Under the pieces are notes generated by a model. It saw only the letters and a list, made by a program, of their open reading frames with translations, did not search any database and was not told the origin of the DNA. Positions 46,401 through 53,595 of a stretch of DNA of 63,671 nucleotides are shown here, in pieces. The translations under genes were made by a program, and so were the position numbers. The DNA comes from a virus (taxonomy: Duplodnaviria; Caudoviricetes), in the IMG/VR virus record IMGVR_UViG_3300042894_002234, positions 1-63,671 of that record. One strand, given 5' to 3'. Within the stretch, counting starts at the first letter, position 1. Each line of letters opens with the position of its first letter.

Positions 46401-47913
46401 GCACTGGTGTTCTAAGAACCTCTTTCCAAAAATTATAATGTTCTTCTCTATTTACAATAGCTAGTTTACCATTCTTAATTCCATAGTAAGATGGTGCTTC
46501 TTTTTGATAAGTTAACCAAAAACCAGTTTTGCTTGTACCACCTGTTTTTAAAAATTCTATTAGTCTTTCTGTATTCTCTTCTTTACTCCCATTATTTACA
46601 AAACTTTCAAGAAGTTTTTCTAAATCATTCTTATTACTATTTGATAATGCTAAGTGTTGAGCTAAGAATTCAAAAGCAACATTAATGTTATCAGATGTAT
46701 AAATACTATCAACTGATGCTTTACTAAAATCCTTTAGTTCTGTATCATTTAACTTTCTTGTAAATAGATTTATAGTACTACCAAATAATGTAATATATCT
46801 ATTAGCTTTATTTCCTAAAGTATCATAATTGATTTTAAAAAAAGGCATATCTGCAGTAATCTGTCCTAATGTTGTTGGAGCAGTTTCATAGCTTAATGTT
46901 TTTCCTTTTTCAAAAACTGGAAAGTATCCTGGAGTTCCTCCTGTAATATCAAGAACAATTTTTTTGTTTTCAAATACACCCTTTTGTATTGCTTTTAAAT
47001 TTGCTACACCATCAAGAACTTTACGCATAGCTTCATCTTCAGAAATATCTTGATTTTTAGCTATTTCTTCAACTGACTGAATACGTCCTCTTGCAATATT
47101 ATCATCTAATAGATCAAAGCGTGTATCTCTCATTTGGAAATACACCATCCTACCTTCAGGATTTACTGAGTAGTCATTATTAAATTTTAATATTTTACCA
47201 TCATTATCAGTTATAACTAAAGCAACTGTTTCATCTTCATCAAGTCTTCTTTTTATTTCTTCTTCAGAAAAATCTCCTTCTTTTAAAAAATCATAAAGTT
47301 CCTCAAAAGGAATCTCTGACATTTTGATTGCTGTTAATCTAAAACCAGTATGGTTCTTAATTGTAATTGTAGAACCATCATAACCAGTAAGATTATTTAA
47401 TAGAGCTCTATTGAAACCATGATACCAAGTTTTCTTAGGATCTACTTTTTGAGTAGAACTATCTACTCTTTCATCAGGCCCAGTTGTTGAATTTGGATCA
47501 TTACTTTTTGCTTGAAATATTTTCTGAGTTTTATCTTTTGGTGATATAATCTCATCAACACTTACTTCAATAGTTTCTTCAACTTCTTTTTCACTTGTTA
47601 ATCCTAATTCCTTTGCTACATTTTCTAATGTACCAAGTTCAAATTTCTTAGGTAGTATTGATAATGCCATCAATACATCATCTTTAACAAGATTATTTTT
47701 TTTAGATCTCAGTAGATACTCTTGAATGTATCTGGGCATTAATTGAATATAAGATAATGCTGTTGCTGGTGTTTTGCCAGCTTTAATAAACTTATCAAAT
47801 AAGTCATTCATATGTGTAATATGAGAATAACTATTTAAATCCTCTTGAGCTGCAATATATCTAGCAATTGATTGATATAATTTACCCTGTTCTTCTTTAT
47901 TAATACAAGCCAT
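37447..47913 (-). CDS. Virion-associated single-subunit (double-psi beta-barrel) RNA polymerase of crAss-like phages, 3488 aa
   Basis: Catalytic GGDFDIDK (DFDID at 41734-41748) preceded by RIP, DGQG and STQMRK; N-terminal zincin HEAWH (46018-46032). Confidence 0.9.
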   Translation of the reverse strand: MACINKEEQGKLYQSIARYIAAQEDLNSYSHITHMNDLFDKFIKAGKTPATALSYIQLMPRYIQEYLLRSKKNNLVKDDVLMALSILPKKFELGTLENVAKELGLTSEKEVEETIEVSVDEIISPKDKTQKIFQAKSNDPNSTTGPDERVDSSTQKVDPKKTWYHGFNRALLNNLTGYDGSTITIKNHTGFRLTAIKMSEIPFEELYDFLKEGDFSEEEIKRRLDEDETVALVITDNDGKILKFNNDYSVNPEGRMVYFQMRDTRFDLLDDNIARGRIQSVEEIAKNQDISEDEAMRKVLDGVANLKAIQKGVFENKKIVLDITGGTPGYFPVFEKGKTLSYETAPTTLGQITADMPFFKINYDTLGNKANRYITLFGSTINLFTRKLNDTELKDFSKASVDSIYTSDNINVAFEFLAQHLALSNSNKNDLEKLLESFVNNGSKEENTERLIEFLKTGGTSKTGFWLTYQKEAPSYYGIKNGKLAIVNREEHYNFWKEVLRTPVPLNDDGKVQLFNSYLNFEIDPDTKKELGLEKSAELPSKKPSAIDKIIRNIDPESLMKVKGMSSEASEKQKQAALDWYNSEENEYLRSVVPFEPMFKTMNSNAKAVWSRTGIILYYGSNYTDLYHEAWHGFSQLFLTKDEKNNLYREIGKMSGTFLLPGGGRIKFSDAKPVQIEEFLAEDFRQYKLSNGTKVFGQRPVTNKVFAKILKFLNWLFDNVSYEQTQIDFNSLKEVKRLYDNLSGGKILDKKPNAANIMFGSLASPIGSAEKGNQLTIAQSNEVSDSMDAILSNILENFSKERGRILIGEFLSSSQSIKNLYTNIKQIIEEKIVDLSTDVNKNEYALSVLQTAIDDFGDINDTIDNKRLNDSTTISYHLRRSKLLDFKTKTLDDNDENNFSLDSQIQKELQQNGEVSFEDMANEKVLFLIRTLKQYDSNGEVEMNDLGFPKLTKFNKTLGTLIRNLNNNSGVMSIKRTLEEMSSNGSYEIAELLSKLGNINIGEAVQNKEVLNAWILFANSFNTTSLPLIITRLEQKSDYENLEFGYTLYNTQGKLDLSNTKRKFAQEFAFDRLNPITTRDHSGARVIDKQKLIDRFDDAFGDKYNKASDKAKFNTAVEFYKAIGIPVGKSEEYKELLTNTTVLVGAKFVYKMLLAYTNKGVSTNLIPDHINYLTNTKGENQSNVINTVIESYLKVEDIVSTFSLLNAEGNRQYENILNNTITITKNGINEVNNFVDFYNKPEFAHYNPTRNPMVRHSQMFKKLFGDSLGSRIDTLNLSNFSGIQLDKDGVNVTSVSILDTDPTTKFYIDFYSYINNGYIEVPRAADKKMALAFHTGNNPHFINPLEYLQDVPSADDKFVDIMLGYLTAEHERVQDIRNNTISDLDFFPEFKNQGKEFLIFHDILTTEQKNMLYDMSVEDYANLSKDSDLYKSLQQQISSYLTFLTSQNKEVYDEMKYLDQDSIRKLVKPAAGKLKMSDAEKADRLVRAYSANTFVSFVESTILFYGDISAYNLLKEEFHKRNSSAGSTGRTFMSDKEIIGGYNELFGNKYASKRGYNSYGIDKDGIVRTAVLNDIQVQNDKLIAEYADTFKEKYTKDFTAFGLKGKALTDRVDEEVAKSIKKYFADEIKEGDGQGWLTFDAYRMLAKLSNEWSQSQEDLYLKIVEGKEIGIDEVMKYFPPRKYQYYGPIKTDKYHLNALHKFSLMPLIPKVIKGKNLELLHERMMNDNVHYATFKSGSKTATRTYADGKSDNLYSDLATRTAMPIDAPFIVNEINIKFLRNQVSINDEFKGEVVFSTQMRKLIINELFEKGVPLTPNVERLVKSYLKNIEKYIDFNKQELRDEIELKKDGKFNAESLAKIIKKEMSRRDFPEHLQDAVTKIENGKFAYDLSYALNAENIEEILLSIVNKRIVRRKVNGEPLVQAAVSGFEMQRMKGVSKEEAEKYGYDELETYRKDPDTGNTLPMQVKIALQGQFKKLLYLKHNGKVIGDRESLNLALKDPKWMKEYGAMVRLTGVRIPVQGFNSMEMMEVAEFLDESAGNIVVPPTQIVSKSGGDFDIDKLSIFFPNIFLSKDKSVVKLDTVGNAGLENNITQDIINILSAPEIAAALIRPNDTDLVQPLSKEMLKYFAKSYNPKKNFNQDPESMKFIDDLETDPAKKVKTRSVSPTKIFETRYNIYKQFSNSVGKKALGIGAVDNAYNALFNQVGLYLNDTFEHSRTDKKTGKLVYQTRKNRLLLNHNKMNNGNISLSNIFNTEGTKISDLINQLINGWVDVAKDPWIAYVMGTPEASPSLLYLVQAGVPFKQAVYFLANPLVREYFDTLKKMKSPLAALSQELEQNDKGEVVVKNNLPENEFKLKTRMLGLDQYTTGHKLYDEIIDLTKGIENITEKELKDRLEASLDPAWQRNETDMAVFAHFLEILDVANGLFKIKSALNFDTKTSTTMYDAYARTVKKDSIIEEDEDEANVLKIFPKDKLKALYNDTILHNFDVSEMQMEMFGDMFKVRNHPNLNKYLLNFYKNSLVFGSNIYDRVKEIFGGNDKLISEYKNDFTTAITLTALRDFNPKTGAYKGYEIVDVNSKEYDRVVNKKATKSLPTDKLHFAKKNYTKETPEDYPKYGFIFTENAEKLGTDYNVSTTQAVIRTNKQGERNPNALAIVTKKMQKAGANFTNSEADFTKFKELNTELINNIVNSKYERIIVPTGGFAMEKAKLPTRFAEWLQNELQTKLGIATELVDRGAGVSGLTNSKKYEEPTTQESTNPLVEAGIKPSDMSGNAAKDIQMASESTQFIGFGTIMKEGNVSSTDKYAKAWGNKANTGEYTANDTIMVSGSGNFGRGGVDKTEEAAAIKKTLSEKYKPLLNKAIEAGASFRIGNQYSKGNLSDETVAKYLEQKGYTEEKLNGYSRWVSPKSTKVEQVPTKGTNIPGYIPTGVFIQDDKMYVDMEILAEQFKNGDYSNNNTGAYSILVKTAEDTSYTLTKMSPKTFNNNFSEYVHFVMEREYQRSILKSTDITNFDKILSNIIKTKKEFLFTASSQKLRTDIGENKKINDTVGTFEVNKYGLVDFVDASTGEVLYENLKKLKGNEYQEYILNKDVLLALQLKVVEDHITNKALKNILNSYSYMEDPNNGYAIQLMNMLRDPEYSYLKKDYTILDALTTSYSKESGITNLVFKEGKPDADTTTNYNEELNRLANIDVIKNDDIHVNKAISEFFEKFQYYVILSSGFSSNTKYSLNSIISQEKILSFTNNEKIKQATNRILNNPDYSVVERNINTFTEKFLKNRLGLVRAGGTEKFSKKPGFSSDSSNRNKQYVSQGVSEPVTRYENVIPSDNTLKKVNDFLYLIDIDLIREQATKSKDPKYFTNTVLKLAETHDDKLFIFTSGDKIPVTVKASNVSTFNTPEQIKNAEFSGPVIIPVSGLKGMNDAGTAQLSEALFEKFNVRNPGFDKGSSKLTIREMMNSDSFLTSTDVINSIRIKSHAILDELNNSCNF

Positions 47914-47923
47914 TTCTTAGTTT

Positions 47924-50900
47924 TTAATTATTGCACAAATTTGGATCTTCAGATCCATTAATCATATCATCATCATTTGTATCATTCATAGTTTTATCAA
48001 GTTGAGCAAAATCCTCCTCAGTAAAACTAATATTCATTTTTTCAATATTATTCTTAGCATCTGCATTATCTACTTCATCTATTTTTATAGCTTCAGTTTG
48101 ACCTTGCGCAGGAATAACACTTATTAAATTATGAAGATTACTACGTTTGAGAAATGTACTTTCCTTTGGATCATATTCTAAATCATATGTATCAGGATCT
48201 CTCATTTTTATTATTTTAGTTTTGTGTTGTTTACCAGTCTCTTCATTTAATATTATGACTGTATCACCTGGTTGCAAGTTACTAAATAATAAATTTCTTG
48301 CATTTAAATATGTCATTTTTTTATCGAATGCTTCCATCACTTCTTTAGACTGTTTACTAGTAATGTATTTACCTAATTCAATCAATTGCTCACGACTAAC
48401 AACTTCATCTATAAAAGGAAGAAGATCATAGTTACCAGTTAATAATTGAACTAATGAATTCTGATCAACTGATAAAACTAAATTATTTTGATCTTGTTTA
48501 GTCTTAAGACTCTTTAGATAAGATTTAAGAGAAGTATCTGTTATACCAGGATTCTTTTTACGAATAGCTTCTTTTGATATATCTTCATTATTAGCTTTAA
48601 TACTATAATCCGCACTAGAAATAAAAGCTACTGAACCTGTCAATACAGTCTTACCTTGTGCAGCTAAAGCTTGTGCTTTTTTAAATGCACTAGCATAACG
48701 TGTATCTTTAAGAGCTCCAAAGTTTGGATTTTTTACCCCATACATAGAGAATACAACTTCACCAATATTTTCTGGTGTTGCATTTTCAAAGCCTGGATCA
48801 TTTTTAAACTCTTCATATAGTAATACATCCATATCAACAAATTGATCTGGATACTGTTCTACTAAAGTAGTTTTACCTAAACCTGGAGAAAAGTAAATTA
48901 TCTTTCCTTTAAACATATTGTCTAATGGAAACTCTTCTTTTACTTTTTGTTTTTCTTTTTCATTAACAAACTCTTCATAGCCTGAAAAATCTTCATAGCT
49001 TTCGGGCTCTCCTTGAAACTCAAATGGGTCTTTCTCATATTCTTCAAAACTAGTTATAACGTTACTAAGTCCTTCTGTTACAGATTCTAAATCTAAACCA
49101 AATTGTAATGCAAAATCATCAATTAGATTTAATAATTTTTTATTATATGCATTATCTGCTGCAACTTCTTTATATGTTTTTTCACTAATACCATTTGGAT
49201 ATCTCTGTATTATGTCCACTATCAAATACATGATATCTTGTGAATCATAATTTGGAAATCCATTTTCAGCTACTTCTTGCTGTATTAAACTAGAAAAAAT
49301 ATCTAATGTATCTATGGAACCTAAATCATTATTAATCCATTTTTTAAGATTTACATCAGTTAGATTTCCAGATAATTCATTAGTATCTCTAAACTTTCTA
49401 TTAACTAATTTAGAAATAAGAAGAGTATCCAAATCTACATAAGTAGTATTGGAATTTTCCATACCCTCTTCATAATATTGGTATAGATCAGTTATATATT
49501 CTTTGACAGCTTCTCTACTATTATCACTTATAATTTCAGTATACCATAATCTTAGTAGATTAGGTTTCTTAATTAACTCCTTACCGTATTTAAGAATCTG
49601 GTTTAATGATTTTACTTCTTTACCTTTCTTATTAAAGAATCTCCACTTGTTATCTCTTTTATCTAAATAAGCTTTAATGCTTTTAGAAATATTAAACTCT
49701 AACGTAAAATTATTTGATTCTTTTTGAAAATCACTTAATTCCTTTTTAGTAGGCTCTTCTTCTTCACCAATTACTTTAGCTTCAAAAGCTTCAGTTTTTG
49801 CTACAAATTCATCTCTTTTAACATTAATTGCAGTAAGTATATCAGGGGTCATTTGATCCACCGCATCAATTGAATCCATTATTTTATCTAGTTCTCTTGA
49901 TGATGTAGATTTATTAATTAATGATTTCCATTTATCAGTATTGTCTTCAACTTCAGTTTCTACTACAGGTTGTTCTTCAGTTGGTTGAATACCCATTGCT
50001 TCAGCATATCCTGGAGTATCTTCTAGATTCTCAGGAATAGTGACTTCTTCAGTAGGTGTTATAGGTGTTGGTCTTGTATCTATTTCAATAATAAGATTAC
50101 CATTTTCAATCCTAGTTACAATATTCTTTTCGGGATATTGTTGTCTAAGTTTTTCTATATCTGAATCTATTTTTTGTCTTTGTTCTGGAGTAGCTCTAGA
50201 TATACTAGAGATAACAGATTTACCTGATGTAAGTAAACCAGCTTCTATTATTTTTAATCCTTGATCTGTAGCTAAACCAGTTACAAACTGACCTAATAAG
50301 TCAGCAGGAGTTGCAGGTACAGGAGCAGGTTGTTTTTCTGCTGCAATTATACGTGCTGCTCTAGGTGTTTCTAAATACTCTTCAAAAGATTGAGTATTTT
50401 TTTCTGGATAAACTTCATAGTCAGCTACTAGTTTAGCTTTAGTCTCTGGTGTATATACATCAAGAGCCTTTTCTTTCTCAGCTACTCTAGCAGCTTCAAC
50501 TGCTTCTTCTACTTTTTTAGCAGCATCTTCTCTAGCTTTTATAGCAGCTGCTTCTTTCTCTTTAGATACTCCAGTTATATCTTCGTATTCTTTAAAGATC
50601 TCTTTTATTTTTGCAATGTCTTCAACATCTGTTGCATTTACTTGAGATAAATCTTTAACTCTATAAAAAGTTTTTACATCTTTTTTACCTCCAGATATAT
50701 TATAGGCAACCATTTCTTTTGGTTCACCTACAAAACCTGCATCATATAACTTTTGAAATACTCCATTTAAACCAATCTTTCTTAGATAATCATCAATTGA
50801 TTTTTTAATTAGATCTTTTCTATTTGTATGCATTTTCTTTAATGCATCATACCTTCTTAAAGATTCATTTCTTAAAAAATTAGGATCTGCTATTACAGCA

Positions 50901-53593
50901 ACACTTCTACTAAGAAATTCAGCATCAATATTTAATCTATAGTAATCTTTAAAAAGATTAAATGCTTCTTCTAATTTATCAGATTTTAATACATCATTTT
51001 TAATATTTGCATAATTGCTCAAGTAGTTTACAAAAGCTTCTTTAAGATCATTATCATATTTTGGATTAACAGTCTCATCTGCTTTTAATTGAGTATAGTA
51101 TTTTTTATATTCTGCTATAGTTTTTTGTACTTCAGATAAATCTTGAATTTGCTGTTCTTTTTGTTTAGCTAATCTTTCATTTTCTTTAGTACCATCTTTT
51201 AATGATTCTATTTCTTGATCTAATAGTTTTACTTCATTGAGCATATTATCTGCACCAAACAAATGTAAAAATTCAATAGCATTACCATTAGCTACTAAAT
51301 CAATACTTGTAAAAGCATCTGTAATTGAAGACATCCTTGATAGTACTCTATCAAATTGATATGGAGCAAATATTGCTGAACTTTTAGCTTCTTCATAGGC
51401 ATTATGCATTAATACCATTTCATTATACTCATCTGTTCCTTTTTTGTAATCATTAAATTTAAAAGGATTTTCTGCAAACTTTTCAGATCTCTGCTTAATG
51501 TTTTTTGCTCTTTCAATAGATACTTCTAATCTTTGTCTTCCAGCTTGTGCATCAGTTGTACCCAAGGCATCCATTATGCCTTGATCATCCATTGAATTTA
51601 TCTTTTCAAGATGCTCAATAAATAAATCATACTTACCAGTATATAAAGCTGTTGATACATTTTTAAACAAAGCCTCATCAGTAAAATCAATTAAGAATTT
51701 ACTATCACCATTTTCAGCAGCTTGTTTAGTTTTAGCAGCAAGAATTTCTTGTGCAGACATATTAGCTAAATCTGGTGTCAACATATTACCAGCATCTGCA
51801 TAAAAATCATTTAGATTTTTTACAAGAGTATTTCTCATTTGATCATACTCTGCAGCTTTAGCTTCTCTTTGTGCTTTTATGTTTTCTCTTTTTTCTTTAA
51901 TTTCAGTAAATGCTTCTGGATCAGTTTTAGAATAGAAAAAGTCTTTTACTTTATTAGAGCTTTCATTAATACTACTACTAACTTTTTTAATTGCTCTACT
52001 ACCTCCACTCATCAAACCTCCCATTAAGAATCCACTCAAGAAAGTTTCAGCACCTTGACCACTAAACTGTTCTCCAAGACCCTTACCATAACTATCAAGC
52101 ATGCTTAATTCATAATGATTTTTTACTATGTTATGTTCATTATGAAATTGTTTAGTATAATAATCTTCAACAGCAATAGATGAAGCTTCTTGAAAAGACT
52201 CTTGTAAACCTTCAGCTAAATTTGCTGAAAAATAGTTAAGAGTATTTTGAGTCATTAATCTAGGATTAAGACTTCTTATTGCTGATTCTTTCCAACCATC
52301 ACCAAGTATTTTAAATACTTCCTTTCTTGAGATATCTCCAGATATTGTTTTACCAAGTAATTTAAAAGTGTCTTGTGTAGAACCAAATAATTTATTAATA
52401 GGTTTAGTTAAATTTCCAAATACAATATTATTTGTATACTGTATTACTGGAAAATTTATCATCTCATTTACATAACCAGCATGTAATGACTTTTCTTTAA
52501 TGTCATCTATTTGTTCTTTAGTAGGTGTCTTTCCATCAGCATAAGCTTCTCCTAAAAGTTTTTCAAACATTGTATTTTGAACAAAACCACCTTCTAGTTT
52601 AGCTTCAGATAAAGCTCTATTAATATCTCTTACATCTTTAAAGAATGCTCCAAAACTTTTAGAAGCTCTAGCTACTTGACCTAAACCATTTAAACTATTC
52701 CAATTTTTAACTAGTCCAGCTGTTGATTGTAATGGATTTAAAAACTCAGCAGCTCCTCTACCAAATTGTGTAAAGTATTTTTTTGCTTCAACAGCATTAT
52801 CTAAATGTCTAATTGATTTTAAAAGAGCACCTGTTGTTTTACCAAGACCCATAATCTTACTACCAGCCATACCAGCTCTAACAGCAGCAAGATAACCAGC
52901 TGCTCCTAATGAAGCACCACCTGTTTCTAAAGCACCACCAATTCCTCCTAATGCAAGTATAGCTTCTTCTGCAGCTAGTTCAGCAAGAATACCTACAGTA
53001 AATCCAGCATTGATACCAAAATTAATAATACTTGAACCAAGTGTCCCTCTAGTAGACATTGTCTCAGCCATTATTCTTTCTGTTTCTCTAGCAGCTTCTA
53101 CATTTGGAGAAAAATCTCCAGTTAACATTTTAGGTAAATCAGCTGCTGTAGTTACAAAAGCACTACCAGCTATTTGTAAAAATCCTTTAGTACCTCTTGT
53201 TACATCAGACCAAATAGAAGAATTGTCATTATAAAATTTCTCATTATCTCTGAATGGATCAAATCCTAACTCATCAAATTTGGAACTACTTTTATATCTA
53301 TCCCAGTTTAATCCTTTATAAGTTGGATTAAAAGCAAATATTTTAGCATCTGCTAATGGGTCAGTATAATTTGATTGTAGATTTGATATATTATTACTAG
53401 CTGTAGCAGCCCTATTATTATGCTGATTAATTAAAGCTCTAATTTCATTTTCATCACCAGTACCCTCATCAATCTTTGGTGCTGGTAATATATCATCATT
53501 AGCTGGAATACCTTTAACTAAAAAAGAATTAGAATAAAAATCATTCAGTTCAGGAGTAATAAGTGTGTTTGAATCCTTAAAGATCTCTTCCAT
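47924..53593 (-). CDS. Giant virion/ejection protein (1889 aa) with Gly/Ala-rich hydrophobic segments and a C-terminal P-loop module
   Basis: GINAGFTVGILAELAAEEAILALGGIGGAL.. and FLSGFLMGGLMSGG membrane-like helices, EGLQE, long coiled coils, FSPGLGKTT. Confidence 0.7.
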   Translation of the reverse strand: MEEIFKDSNTLITPELNDFYSNSFLVKGIPANDDILPAPKIDEGTGDENEIRALINQHNNRAATASNNISNLQSNYTDPLADAKIFAFNPTYKGLNWDRYKSSSKFDELGFDPFRDNEKFYNDNSSIWSDVTRGTKGFLQIAGSAFVTTAADLPKMLTGDFSPNVEAARETERIMAETMSTRGTLGSSIINFGINAGFTVGILAELAAEEAILALGGIGGALETGGASLGAAGYLAAVRAGMAGSKIMGLGKTTGALLKSIRHLDNAVEAKKYFTQFGRGAAEFLNPLQSTAGLVKNWNSLNGLGQVARASKSFGAFFKDVRDINRALSEAKLEGGFVQNTMFEKLLGEAYADGKTPTKEQIDDIKEKSLHAGYVNEMINFPVIQYTNNIVFGNLTKPINKLFGSTQDTFKLLGKTISGDISRKEVFKILGDGWKESAIRSLNPRLMTQNTLNYFSANLAEGLQESFQEASSIAVEDYYTKQFHNEHNIVKNHYELSMLDSYGKGLGEQFSGQGAETFLSGFLMGGLMSGGSRAIKKVSSSINESSNKVKDFFYSKTDPEAFTEIKEKRENIKAQREAKAAEYDQMRNTLVKNLNDFYADAGNMLTPDLANMSAQEILAAKTKQAAENGDSKFLIDFTDEALFKNVSTALYTGKYDLFIEHLEKINSMDDQGIMDALGTTDAQAGRQRLEVSIERAKNIKQRSEKFAENPFKFNDYKKGTDEYNEMVLMHNAYEEAKSSAIFAPYQFDRVLSRMSSITDAFTSIDLVANGNAIEFLHLFGADNMLNEVKLLDQEIESLKDGTKENERLAKQKEQQIQDLSEVQKTIAEYKKYYTQLKADETVNPKYDNDLKEAFVNYLSNYANIKNDVLKSDKLEEAFNLFKDYYRLNIDAEFLSRSVAVIADPNFLRNESLRRYDALKKMHTNRKDLIKKSIDDYLRKIGLNGVFQKLYDAGFVGEPKEMVAYNISGGKKDVKTFYRVKDLSQVNATDVEDIAKIKEIFKEYEDITGVSKEKEAAAIKAREDAAKKVEEAVEAARVAEKEKALDVYTPETKAKLVADYEVYPEKNTQSFEEYLETPRAARIIAAEKQPAPVPATPADLLGQFVTGLATDQGLKIIEAGLLTSGKSVISSISRATPEQRQKIDSDIEKLRQQYPEKNIVTRIENGNLIIEIDTRPTPITPTEEVTIPENLEDTPGYAEAMGIQPTEEQPVVETEVEDNTDKWKSLINKSTSSRELDKIMDSIDAVDQMTPDILTAINVKRDEFVAKTEAFEAKVIGEEEEPTKKELSDFQKESNNFTLEFNISKSIKAYLDKRDNKWRFFNKKGKEVKSLNQILKYGKELIKKPNLLRLWYTEIISDNSREAVKEYITDLYQYYEEGMENSNTTYVDLDTLLISKLVNRKFRDTNELSGNLTDVNLKKWINNDLGSIDTLDIFSSLIQQEVAENGFPNYDSQDIMYLIVDIIQRYPNGISEKTYKEVAADNAYNKKLLNLIDDFALQFGLDLESVTEGLSNVITSFEEYEKDPFEFQGEPESYEDFSGYEEFVNEKEKQKVKEEFPLDNMFKGKIIYFSPGLGKTTLVEQYPDQFVDMDVLLYEEFKNDPGFENATPENIGEVVFSMYGVKNPNFGALKDTRYASAFKKAQALAAQGKTVLTGSVAFISSADYSIKANNEDISKEAIRKKNPGITDTSLKSYLKSLKTKQDQNNLVLSVDQNSLVQLLTGNYDLLPFIDEVVSREQLIELGKYITSKQSKEVMEAFDKKMTYLNARNLLFSNLQPGDTVIILNEETGKQHKTKIIKMRDPDTYDLEYDPKESTFLKRSNLHNLISVIPAQGQTEAIKIDEVDNADAKNNIEKMNISFTEEDFAQLDKTMNDTNDDDMINGSEDPNLCNN

Positions 53594-53595
53594 TA

